Position numbers and translations under genes: made by a program. Below the pieces are notes generated by a model that saw nothing but the letters and a program-made list of their open reading frames with translations, was not told the origin of the DNA and made no database searches. Positions 50,260-61,767 of a DNA stretch of 61,767 nt are shown piece by piece (position 1 is the first letter of the stretch; every line of letters starts with the position of its first letter). Source of the stretch: Chara braunii (lineage: Eukaryota > Plantae > Charophyceae); assembly GCA_003427395.1 (NCBI GenBank), contig BFEA01000032.1:1591019-1652785 (forward strand), in the 5' to 3' direction.

Positions 50260-50640
50260 TTTGCGGCAACTGTGGCGGCGACGCAGACTTTTACGGCGGT
50301 GGTACGGAAGTGTTGCCGAAATTTTGCGGCGGCGATGCAGGCTTTTACGGCGGTGGTACGGAAATGCTGCCGAACTTTTGCGGCGGCGACGCAGGCTTTT
50401 ACGGCGGTGGTACGGAAGTGCTACCGAACTTTTGTGGCGGCGACACAGACTTTTACGGCGGTGGTACGAAAGTGCTGCCGAACTTTTGAGGCGGCGACGC
50501 AGACTTTTATGGCGGTGGTACTGAAGTGCTGTCGAACTTTTGCGGTGGCGATGCAGGCTTAACGGCGGTGGTGCCGAAGCGCCGCAAAAATTTTACGGCG
50601 ACGGCACCAGGCTTTACAGCGGCAGTGCGGAAGCGCTATT
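50260..50640. repeat. 54-bp minisatellite, about 7 copies
   Basis: TGCGGCGGCGACGCAGGCTTTTACGGCGGTGGTACGGAAGTGCTGCCGAACTTT with period 54 (50271, 50325...). Confidence 0.93.
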
Positions 50641-50880
50641 GAAAATTTTCTTAACGTCGACACAAAGTTTACGGCGGTGACGACATTAATTTTACATTGA
50701 GCGGCAACTGGACCTTGACGTAGGGAAGGTGCCACTAGAGTGGGGTGTCTTGAGGCGGCATGGACTTGACGGCGCAGTGATGCTGTGAGAGTGGAAGCTA
50801 GTGGCGACGATACTTACTAAAAAATAAGTAAGGGGGTGTTGTGGCAGGTGATCGCCGCAAGAGAGTGGTTTGGATCACTT

Positions 50881-52617
50881 TGCTGACGACACGGGAGGAG
50901 TACCAACGCGTCAAAGGGAGCGTAATTTTATACGGTCTTCTTGAGTGTACCGTTCAACTTCACTCAAGGTCAGTTGAATGACTCTGACTTCTTTTCATGC
51001 CTGTGTGGACCCGCACTTTGCCTGACCCTGTTCGTTTTGAATATTCAAAAGAAAAAGTAGAGGAAATTTGTGCAAGTCATGCATGTGAATGAAAAAGTCT
51101 GACTCGAGTATGCGATTGTACTGTTTTTCTTTCGAACGTGTTTCCTTTGCCGTCTGTGCAGGTAGGTAGAGGGATGCTTACAAAGGAGATTGATTATGCC
51201 TATTTGAGATAAAGGAATGAATTGTTTTCTTTCTACCTTTCACCTGTCTGCTTGTCAAAAAGAACTCGTTGTTTTTGAAAAATGTTATTCAACGTGTGTC
51301 GAAGCATGAATTCTATTGAAATAAAGCAGATAAGGTCAAACAGATTTAGTTTTTCCCAAGGATTGACCCATTCTATCCCGAACGACCTTATCTACCTGTG
51401 CGTGTCTAAATGATTCTCATTTTCTTTATCTCTTCTAACTTTTTTTCGTCTAAGTTACCCCGAGACTTAGGAGAAAAAAAAAAAATACATGAAAGCTACT
51501 TGTCGTGGACGCATCCACTATCTCTAGGAAGCATCTGGGGCGGGGGTTCGTTGCTTTATATGTCGACCCTGTTATCGACCCAGAGTGGACCGTTCTACGG
51601 GGAGGTACTTGCCGATTCGGTGGAGACGGCCCGACTTCTGAGATCCGAGTCTTGTGCTCGGACGAGGAGGAGGAGTACCTCAGACCACCTTCTAGAGGAA
51701 AAGGCATGTAACACGTCAAGCAATGCTCCTGATCATGAATCAATCGCAAAGTAGCTTGTCATCCGAAAAGATTGAAAACGGATGAAGGCATGTATGTGCG
51801 TCGAGTTCCAGGTCAGCAGTAGGTTGGAATGAAAGACTTTGGCAATGCATCTCATCAAGTCAAGACTAAGGCAGCCGACTACCTTGTCGGCTGCGTCTAT
51901 TTTATTGTCGGTGACCAGCTCCTTGTTGGCGGTTGTATAATTGCTTTGTGGTGTTCGACCTGAGATAGTCGGATTTTATTTCGATCTTGTGTTATTGGAT
52001 GTATTGTATGGTGATTCAAATACTTTAGTTATCATATCATATTTGATATTTCTGTCGACGACGGTCGTTTTCTTTTGATGTAATTGTCTGTGAATGTTAT
52101 AATTCTCTTTGGTTATATGTCTAAAGAGACTACGATTAATTTGGGTTTCACGCTTGGTTGAGACCGTCTTAGTCGACCAACGTCCGCTTCGTACCTAGGA
52201 GATCAGCGCCCTATGAATGGACGACGATCGGGTCCACTTGGCGTTAACCAAACGTATCTATACTACGGCGATCGAGGAAAAGCCCTCGACTGACCTACCT
52301 CTGCAATTGCATCTAAAAGTTTTCGTACGTGGGTCAGTAGGTCGGTATTGATACGCCTCTAAGGGTGGTGACAACCGTTTAGGAAAGCAAGCTTATGCCC
52401 CACGGAAACCTGTCCTGTTGTAGGGGAGCGCGAGATGTACAGTTGGTGCACCCGGCTAGAGCGGCGAAGGGACGACGTGACCTCGACCGTCTCGACGGTC
52501 CGCAGGATAATGTAAGCGTTGTCTCCGTGTTGTGTCTCTTGATTTTGGTTTTGTTTAAACTCTTGCGTGACATGGACGGGAGGACCCTCGCTTGCGTGGG
52601 GGCCGATGAGCTCAGCA
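50881..52617 (+). mobile_element. 1.74-kb 5' LTR
   Basis: Inverted termini TGCTGA...TCAGCA, followed after 2 nt by a tRNA-Asp PBS. Confidence 0.75.
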
Positions 52618-52619
52618 GG

Positions 52620-52637
52620 TGGCGCCGTTGCCGGGGA
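52620..52637 (+). promoter_or_regulatory. Primer binding site, tRNA-Asp
   Basis: TGGCGCCGTTGCCGGGGA, an 18-nt match. Confidence 0.92.
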
Positions 52638-53095
52638 TAACGGCAAACTACCGTTGTCCCTGGTGGAACGACACTCGGGATTGAATGATGTAAAAATTGG
52701 ACTTTCTTTACTTGGCTAAGAGAAAGGTTAGTAACTATGACCTTTATAGGGAAAAAAAAAGTAATTATTTCTTGTACTCTATATTGTGGTACGTCTGGTA
52801 CTAGCTTTTATCTCAGACTCGCAAAAAAAGTGTAACTTTAAAGTCAATTTAATAATGACTTCTAGTTCTAAGAACTATTATTGTGACTCTCGTTCACAAT
52901 AATTTGTGAGGCTCCTTGATAGATGATTGGACATCTGTGAAATATTTTCATTGGTGAAATGACATCCGAATAAGTTATTTTGACGGTTAAGCATAATACT
53001 TGCGAGTGAAACCTGAGATTTTTTCGATGGTTGTTAAATTATCAACGAGATAATTCGATCATTAATATAGTTAACGCCTTTCGTAGGGCGATAAA

Positions 53096-54287
53096 ATGAC
53101 GGGAGAAACTTTTAACGACATGTCTCTCTTCAAAGGTAGCGGGGTCGTTGAATTTTTATAGGCCTTTCAGGCTTTGACAACGCTAATGCTTTGGGGAGAA
53201 AATCACAAGTTCCTTTTTATTTTGGGATTTGTGATTGAAGAATTCAAGGTTGAGGTTGAACATCTTCTACGTGCTTTTGGAACCTGGAATGAGTTCGAGA
53301 AGTTGATGATTGACAAATTCTCGAAATCGCCCGAAGGAGAGAAAAGGGAAGAAAACAGAAGTCATCATCATAAGGATACGACTAGAATAACTCGGCTTGT
53401 GGAAAGGGAAAGTCTGCCAAGAATAGACGTCCCTCTCTTCGACGGTAATTTTGTTTCTACTTTCCTTGAAAAGTTTGAGCAACTTGCATCCATCAACAAT
53501 TGGGATGGGCCTCAGATGTTGAGGCAATTTCTTAGATATGTGGACAAAGAGCTCGTGAGTATAGTCCAGCGAATAATTGAGACTTCATTAGTGTGGCCTC
53601 ATTTTCGTGATGCCATGTAAGATGAATTTTGGTTAGGCGATACACTAACAACAATGGAGGATTAGAGGAATGTTGAGCAAGATGCATATATAGTAAAAAA
53701 AAGTTTCTTGGTTGAATTTGAACGGGTGGCTCGTCGAATTCCGGGGTTGAAAGATAGACAAAAGTGTCTTGCTTTTCTTGAAATTTTTTTCGAAGGGGAG
53801 CTGTGTTTGCTTACCCGAGGAGAAAGTAGTAAATTCAATTGGGAAAGAATTCGGTCAAATTTTATTAATTGGGAATTTAGTTGAATATTTGAACGTACTC
53901 TACGATTACAGCTTCGCTTACAGAAAATTGAGAGAGAGAGAGTGTCGAGTTGACAAACGAAAGAGATATTCAGATCCCGTGACGAATCTCTTAGAAATCA
54001 GAGGAATAATGAAAAAAGAAAAGGACGATTGTTGTCATGAGTATCAGAAGACAAGGATAGAACGTCCTTTGGAGGACCAATGTGAGCGAGATAGAGACAA
54101 TGAGGGAGATCGGTTGGATAATTCTTCTATGTTAATGACCCAAGATTGAGAGTCAGCGTCTCAAAATCAACGAGACCAGCGAGTAAAGAAAGGGAGATCC
54201 TATTGAAAGAATATTACATGTAAGAGATGTGGTAGTACCAGACACACTCCGAGTAGATGCAAGGGATTGACGGTTACAGAAAAATAG
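53096..54287 (+). pseudogene. gag pseudogene of a non-autonomous (gag-only) LTR element
   Basis: VPLFDGNFVSTFLEKFEQL...W resembles the gag at 12978. CKRCGSTRHTPSRC knuckle at 54219-54260. Stops and frameshifts; no pol motifs downstream. Confidence 0.82.
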
Positions 54288-56760
54288 ATTGTCGAAATTC
54301 TGATTTCAATTTCTGAGTTGATTATGAACTCAAAACACTTTTTGGTGGGATTAATAAGATCAACTCAAGGTTGATGTTTCGTTTGATATCATTTTTATGA
54401 CACGAGAATTCTGTCTAATTTGATATGTTCATTCTTTCATCTATTGAAAAATGATCTGATCAGTTTATTATTGAAGCCTATACGATAAGGATCACTTTGA
54501 AATTAAATGTGAAAGAATTTGTTTTGTTGTTGTGAGTATTTGGTTGAATGTAAGTTGTTGAGAAATTGTGAATTTGTAGGTAGACGACTGTGGTTGCTGC
54601 GAGGGGAGAAGTGGCGACCTCTCCTTGTGTCAGGCATAATCACCGTACCCCTATAACCATGGTCTGACCAGCCTTGGCAGTAGAAGGTAAGGTTGTTCTA
54701 CTCTACATGTGACAGATTGATGAAATGGAGACACTGAAATTTGGATGGAGTATGAAGAAGTTTGAATCACAATAAAGACCTGGTCCCGAATGAATTTCAT
54801 TTATATTAGAATGAATATCATGGAATGTTATGGCAACTACCGAGGAATGATTATCAAAAACAGGATCGACTCCCATCAGCAGACAGGGGAGTGGCTTCCA
54901 TCAGCAACAGGGGACTTGTTCCCATCAGTAGACTGGGATGTCATTCCCATCAGCAACTGGGGAGTCATTTCCATATCGATGGAATGAAAAACCCACAGGG
55001 GGTTAAGCTTGTGAAAGACCATGAATTGGCTCCCATTAACAGACTAGGGAGTGACTTCCATCAGCAACTGGGGATTTGTTCCCATCAGTGGACTGGGAGG
55101 TCGTTCCCATCAGCCAGTGGGGAGTCATTTCCATATTGGATGGAATGAAAGACCCGAAGGGGGTTAAGCCTGTGAAAGACCTATAACAAGATGATCTCAC
55201 AACTTCATTTTATCAGTGGACTGGGGAGTGGTTCCCATCAGCAGGCTGGGGAGTGACTTCCATCAGCAACTGGGGACTTGTTCCCATCGGTAGACTTGGA
55301 GGTCATTCCCATCAGCAACTGGGGAGTGATTCCCATCAGAAAGCTGGAAAGTAATTCCCATCAGTATACTGTGGATTGGTTCCCATCAGCAGACTGGGGA
55401 ATGACTTCCATCAGCAGTTGGGGACTCGTTCCCATTAGTGAATTGGGAGCTTAATCCCATCAGCAACTAGGGAATCATTCCTATCAGTAAACTGGGGAAT
55501 AGTTATGTGACAAGGAACTTGTCTTAATTAGAACGTTTGTTGAATTGAGAAAGTGGTTGAGTTGTGATGTGACTGTTTCTTTTTAAGGACCTCCAGGGGA
55601 ATGATCCTGCCAAAAGACCTACAGGGGAATGATCCTGTCGAATGAGTGGATTGTAAGACTTCAGAAGATTAAAATCGAGTTTTATTGTTGAGTGTTGATG
55701 TGAGAATTTCAGTTGTGTTCCGAATGTTTGTTGAATTGTTAAGTATCGTAAGTGTTGCTTTCACATGAGAATTTCGTAAAAATCCTAATTTCTATTTGGA
55801 TAGTGAACGATAGAGAGTGTCGTTCCTTGAGTACTGGTAAAAACTCTCCGGCTTCGTTCCGGATGGTTGCTTGATTGATTATACGAAGTATGTATTGAAA
55901 TCTTATGCAGTTTCTATTATTATCTTGATGAAAAGCGATGAGAACGTCGCTGAGTAAGACCATTCATAGATGGTGAATTTTAGACTACCGGGGGGAATGA
56001 CTTGGATTTTGGTATAAGTTTCGAGCTAATTATAATTGGGAGAATTTTGTTATTATTTTTACAAAGGAGTTCCATAAAAATCCACACAAACCTATATTAT
56101 TTCTTAATATAGGATGAATGACGTGGGAGCTATCCAATGGGGTCTGGGAATGCTGTCGAGGCAAATACCCTTACAAGGGTATTCGCTGGGGATTTTAAAC
56201 GTCGGACGCTGTTCGACTTTTCGTTGGGTTAAAAGACTTGATGAGACCGACTTTTGCCAAAAGTTTATTCAGACCTAACCTATGACTGAGGAACTGAAAG
56301 TTTTCGAGCTTTAGTCCGGACGCATGTAGCATCCGAGACTAACGGATGTGAATGACAATGTTTTGCAGACATGAGAACGCTGAAGTTCGACCTATTCTAT
56401 TCGGGGCCTAAGTAGACTAGCAAGAAGCATACGTCGGGTATAGGGTCACGACGCGAGAGGAATAGGAAGGGCCGCCGAGTTGACCTCGAGCCAAGGGGAG
56501 GGCCCCCAGGCCTATGGTGAGGCCTACCCAATGGGTGACCCCAGAGCCATGGTCGGGTTGCCATCCACGCACTCGTGACCAATGGACCCCGGAAAATACG
56601 CGGAATTGGAGAGCGAAGCTTATTTACGAAGGGTTGGCGAAATCGCTAAAAACGTTTGGCGAAGAGAAAATGTTAATTTATGAGTACGCATTTTAAGAAC
56701 AACGAAGTGTCCTTTTTGAGAGAATTACAAGTTCTGGGCAATCCCGGATATCTCAGAATT

Positions 56761-59700
56761 GCACTTCCAGTTTTACTTAGTCGTTTTTTAAGGGGGGGGT
56801 GATTATATCCCGGCGTGCGTTCGGGATTTCGGTACCGAAAATGCACTTCGGGATTTCAGGATTTTACGTAGTCGTTTTTTTGGGGGGGTGATTATATCCC
56901 GACGTGCGTTCGGGATTTCGGTAACGAAAATGCACTTCGGGATTTAGGGATTTTACTTGGTCGTTTTTGAAAGGGGGGGGTGATTATATCCCTCATGCGT
57001 TCGGGATTTCAGTACCGAAAACGCACTTCCGGATTTCGGGATTTTACTTAGTTGTTTTTTTGGGGGGGGTAAGTTTATCCCGACCTACGTTCGGGATTTC
57101 GGTACCGAAAACGCACTTCGAGATTTCGGGATTTACTTAGTCGTTTTTTTGGGGGGGGGTGATTATATCCCGACGTGCGTTCGGGATTTCCGTACCGAAA
57201 ACGCACTTCGGGATTTCGGAATTTTACTTAGTCGTTTTTTTGGGCGGGGGTGATTATATCCCGACGTGCGTTCGGGATTTCGGTACCGAAATCGCACTTC
57301 GGGATTTTGGGATCTTACTTCGTCGTTTTTTTGGGGAGGGTGATTATATCCCGACGTGCGTTCGAGATTTCGGTACCGAAAACACACTTCGGGATTTCGG
57401 GATTTTACTTAGTCGTTTTTTTTCGGGGGGTGATTATATCCCCACGTTCGTTCGGGATTTCGGTACCGAAAACGCACTTCGGGATTTCGGGATTTTACTT
57501 CGTCGTTTTTTTAAGGGGGGGGTGATTATATCCTTACGTGCGTTCGGGATTTCGGTACTGAAAACGCACTTCGAGATTTCGGGATTTTACGCAGTCGTTT
57601 TTTTTGGGGGGGGTGATTATATCCCGACGTGCGTTCGGGATTCCGGTACCGAAAACGCACTTTGGGATTTCGGGATTTTACTTGCTCGTTTTTTTTTTGG
57701 TGGGGGGGTGATTATATCCCGGCGTGCGTTCGGGATTTCAGTACCGAAAACGCACTTCGAGATTTCGGGAGTTTACTTAGTCGTTTTATTAAAAAGGGGG
57801 TGATTATATCCCGACGTGCGTTCGGGATTTCGGTACCGAAAACGCACTTCGGGATTTCGGGATTTTACTTATTCATTTTTTTCTTTTGTGGGGGGGTGAT
57901 TATATCCCGACGTGCGTTCGGGATTTCAGTACCGAAAATGCACTTCGAAATTTCGGGATTTTACTTGGTCGTTTTTTTAAGGGGGGTGATGATATCCCGA
58001 CGTGCGTTCGGGATTTCGGTACCGAAAATGCACTTCGGGATTTTGGGATTTTACTTAGTCGTTTTTTTTCTGGGGGGGTGATTATATCTCGACGTGCGTT
58101 CGGGATTTCGGTACCGAAAACGCACTTCAGGATTTCGGGATCTTACTTAGTCGTTTTTTTTGGGGTGATTATATCCCGACGTGCGTTCGGGATTTCGATA
58201 CCGAAAACACACTTCGGGATTTCGGGATTTTACTTAGTCGTTTTTTTAAAGGGGGGGTGATTATATCCTGACGTGCGTTCGGGATTCCGGTACCGAAAAC
58301 GCACTTCGGGATTTCGGGATTTTACTTGGTTGTTTTTTTAAGGGGGGGGTGATTATATCCTGACGTGCGTTCGGGATTTCGGTACCGAAAACGCACTTCG
58401 AGATTTCGGGATTTTACTTAGTCGTTTTTTTTGGGGAGGGNGATTATATCCCGACGTGCGTTCGGGATTTCGATACCGAAAACACACTTCGGGATTTCGG
58501 GATTTTACTTAGTCATTTTTTTAAGGGGGGGGGTGATTATATCGTGACGTGCAGTCGGGATTTCGGTACGAAAACGCACTTCGGGATTTTACTTAGTCGT
58601 TTTTTTTTGGGGGGGTGATTATATCCCGACGTGCGTTCGGGATTTCGATACCGAAAACGCACTTCGGGATTTCGGGATTTTACTTGTTCGTTTTTTTGGG
58701 CGGTGGTGATTATATCCCGACGTGTGTTCGGGATTTCGGTACCGAAAACGCACTTCGGGATTTCGGGATTTTACTTAGTCGTTCTTTTGGGGAGGGTGAT
58801 TATATCCCGACTTGCATTCGGGATTTCGGTACCGAAAATGCAGTTCGGGATTTCGGGATTTTACTTGGTCTTTTTTTTTCGGGGGGTGATTATATCCCGA
58901 TGTGCGTTCGAGATTTCGGTACCGAAAACGCACTTCGGGATTTCTGGATTTTACTTCGTCGTTTTTTTAAGGGGGGGGTGATTATATCCTGACGTGCGTT
59001 CGAGATTTCGGTACTGAAAACGCACTTCGGGATTTCGGGATTTTACTCGGTCGTTTTTTTTGGGGGGGGGTGATTATATCTCGATGTGTGTTTAGGATTT
59101 TGGTACCGAAAACGCACTTCGGGATTTCAGGATTTTACTTAGTCGTTTTTTTAAGGGGGGGTGATTATATCCCAACGTGCATTTGGGATTTCGGTACCGA
59201 AAACGCACTTCGGGATTTCGGGATTTTACTTAGTCGTTTTTTTTTTNGGGGGGGGGTGATTATATCCCGGCGTGCGTACGGGATTTCAGTACTGAAAATG
59301 CACTTCGGGATTTCGGGATTTTACTTAGTCGTTTTTTAAAGGGGGGGTGATGATATCGCGACGTGCGTTCAGGATTTCGGTACCGAAAACCCACTTCGGG
59401 ATTTTGGGATTTTACTAAGTCGTTTTTTTGGGGGGGTTTGATTATATCCCGACGTGCGTTCGGGATTTCGGTACCGAAAACGCACTTCGGCATTTCGGGA
59501 TTTTACTTAGTCGTCTTTTTGGGGGGGCTGATTATATCCCGACGTGCGTTCGGGATTTCGATACCGAAAACGCACTTTAGGATTTCGAGATTTTACTTAG
59601 GCGTTTTTTTTTTGGGGGGGTGATTATATCTCGACGTGCGTTCGGGATTTCAGTACCGAAAATGCACTTCGGGATTTCGAGATTTTACTCAGTCGTTTTT

Positions 59701-60092
59701 TTAAAGGGGGGGTGATTATATCCCGACGTGCGTTCGGGATTTCGGTACCGAAAATGCTTTTCGGGATTTTGGGATTTTACTTAGTCGTTTTTTTAAGGGG
59801 GGCGTGATTATATCCTGACATGCGTTCGGGATTTCGGTACCGAAAACGCACCTCGGGATTTCGGGATTTTACTTAGTCGTTTTTTTTGGGGGGGGTGATT
59901 ATATCCCGACGTGCGTTCGGGATTTCGGTACCGAAAACACACTTCGGGATTTCGGGATTTTACTTAGTCGTTTTTTTAAGGGGGGGGTGATTATATCCCG
60001 ACGTGCATTCGGGATTTCGGTACCGAAAACACACTTCAGGATTTCGGGATCTTACTTAGTCGTTTTTTTTTGTGGGGGGGGTATATCCCGAC

Positions 60093-60094
<2 letters not shown>
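56761..60094. repeat. Satellite array of a ~90-bp palindromic unit, about 37 copies
   Basis: TGATTATATCCCGACGTGCGTTCGGGATTTCGGTACCGAAAACGCACTTCGGGATTTCGGGATTTTACTTAGTCG plus a variable T-run/G-run. Confidence 0.98.
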
Positions 60095-60095
<1 letters not shown>

Positions 60096-60150
<55 letters not shown>

Positions 60151-60591
60151 AAAGTTTCAAGCTTAGGCGAGCACTTCCAAAAATTTGGTTGTGGAGTGGC
60201 TGCTCCCTCTGCCATTGATTTGTGATTGCCGCCTCTTTGTTCCCCTATGACACTGGCTCAGTCGACCTTCTCAGTATCATTATCGAGGGATGGCGATATA
60301 GTGATTGCATATTTATCGGTGCGAAAGAAGCTTTTATCAGTCGTGCATCCTCGTGTACTGTATTCAGGGGGAAAGAGGGAGGGAGGGATCTATCTCCCAC
60401 TCTCGGTCTCTCTTCCGTTTGTTTCATGTTAGTTATTTTTCGGGGGTATTTTTGATGGATGCAGACAGTTTCGGAGGCCGTCAGCCTCGTGGTGACATAG
60501 ACCAACTACAAGAGTGGATACACAATGTTTTGCATAGCAAACACAATCATATGATAGTCAATGAACAAGTCCTCACACAGGAAACTGACGG

Positions 60592-60665
<74 letters not shown>

Positions 60666-60700
60666 TTTCAAGCTTCGGCCAGCACTTCAAGCAAAGTTTC
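60096..60700. repeat. Two (GA)n tracts, each followed by the same short sequence
   Basis: (GA)n-AAAGTTTCAAGCTT.GGC.AGCACTTC at about 60150 and 60661. Confidence 0.75.
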
Positions 60701-61390
60701 AACCTCCCCCTCAACACCCCCCTGCGCACATTCAGTTGGCGCTAGATTGGTACCCCACGTAGTTGGCCCCCAGCATAGCGTAGCACGTACATGGGATGAC
60801 ACACGTGGTAGCTCAGTGGGTTGGAGCTAAGATATCTCAAGCAGTACACATATGTAGCTTAGGTTTGATAATGATGAGCATTGTATTGCACATGATATAG
60901 CACAACGCCACGGATAGTACACATATAGGTTTGGGCGCAGGTTGGGATGGGCCAGGGGCTCAGTGGTGGCGACCGGTTTCTGAGTATGAAGTAGTCTGCA
61001 AGTAGGCTCGTCCGGCATGCCTTCAACCGGGGCTGGGTGGGTTGTCTACTTAGTGCTGGTGCCTGGATTTGTTATCCAGTAGATTTGCGTGAGGTCCATG
61101 ATGTACCTCGAGATGGAGGAGTAGAGGATCCACTAGAAAACCGAGTAATGAAGGATGGGTACGAAGAACCCTAATGAGCCCCCCAAAAAATAAATAGAAA
61201 GAATAAAATATTTTTGTCTGACACTTGGTGTGCAATACGCCCCTGCAATTCGATTTTGGTAACTTAGGCGGAGTTACATTGCTGAGGAACCCCGGTCAAC
61301 TCCTTCAAGATTGTTGGAGTAACTTGGGCGCGGTTGTTTGTTTTTTTGTGTTTTTTTTTTTTTTTTTTTCAAATGAATGTACTACCAGTA

Positions 61391-61550
61391 CACTATGTTG
61401 CACATAGGCCGCGGCCTGGTTCGGCCACGGCCGAGGCCGCCCGCCTAGGCCGGCGCCCCCCCAGTCGCGGCCGAACGCGGCCTGGTTCGGCCACGGCCGA
61501 GGCCGCCGGCCTAGGCCGGGCTCCCCCCGGTCGCGGCCGAACGCGGCCGA
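61391..61550. repeat. GC-rich duplicated subterminal-like repeats, possible DNA transposon end
   Basis: Starts at CACTATG. CGCGGCCTGGTTCGGCCACGGCCGAGGCCGCC is repeated twice. The other end is not in the window. Confidence 0.35.
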
Positions 61551-61767
61551 TAATTAAAAATTCAAAAAAAAAAAAAAAAAAAAAGGTTCGAGTGGGGCGG
61601 GGGTCCCCTACATCCTCTCGAAAAAAAAAACCATAAGAGCTCCTCAAACGGGGGGTGGGTTTCTAGGACTCTAAAAAAAATTTAAATAAATAGAAAAAAA
61701 GGGGTAACTTCTTTTTTTTTTTTAACATCTCATTTCCCTGCAAACAACAGACATTCATTTCCAAAAA

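Noticed and set aside
50091-50562. Gly/Cys-rich repeat protein
   Set aside because: All three frames are open because the 54-bp unit lacks stops, and the homologous region near 38000 does not preserve the ORF.
56761-60094. CRISPR array (palindromic repeats)
   Set aside because: No unique spacers, only homopolymer-length variation. Eukaryotic context and no cas genes. The repetitive ORFs over it are artefacts.
60790-60875. GGATGACAC plus box-A-like GTAGCTCAGTGGG as another U6/tRNA module
   Set aside because: Matches are very short, in the wrong order, and box B is poor.

Overview
Eukaryotic, repeat-dominated scaffold segment with N gaps. The plant-type U6 and tRNA-Asp matches, very long LTRs and abundant microsatellites suggest a streptophyte, possibly a charophyte alga (inference). 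Only one intact host gene is visible: an intronless ER protein disulfide isomerase (27604-29364, signal peptide, WCGHC and an atypical CERC site, KDEL). Left of it is a decayed giant Ty3/Gypsy element on the minus strand. It has a tRNA-Asp PBS, a ~5-kb candidate LTR, a tightly packed array of accessory ORFs before gag (three are paralogs of one unknown ~130-aa domain), and a non-autonomous hAT insertion. Right of it are two more tRNA-Asp-primed LTR elements, a duplicated gag-only internal region and a ~3.3-kb array of a palindromic 90-bp repeat. The most unusual signals are non-coding. One is three diverged copies of a module of covarying hairpins, a tRNA-like unit and a U6-snRNA-like unit. 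Another is two type III hammerhead ribozyme motifs in inverted orientation on either side of the PDI gene. All alignments were done by eye; identities and copy numbers are approximate.
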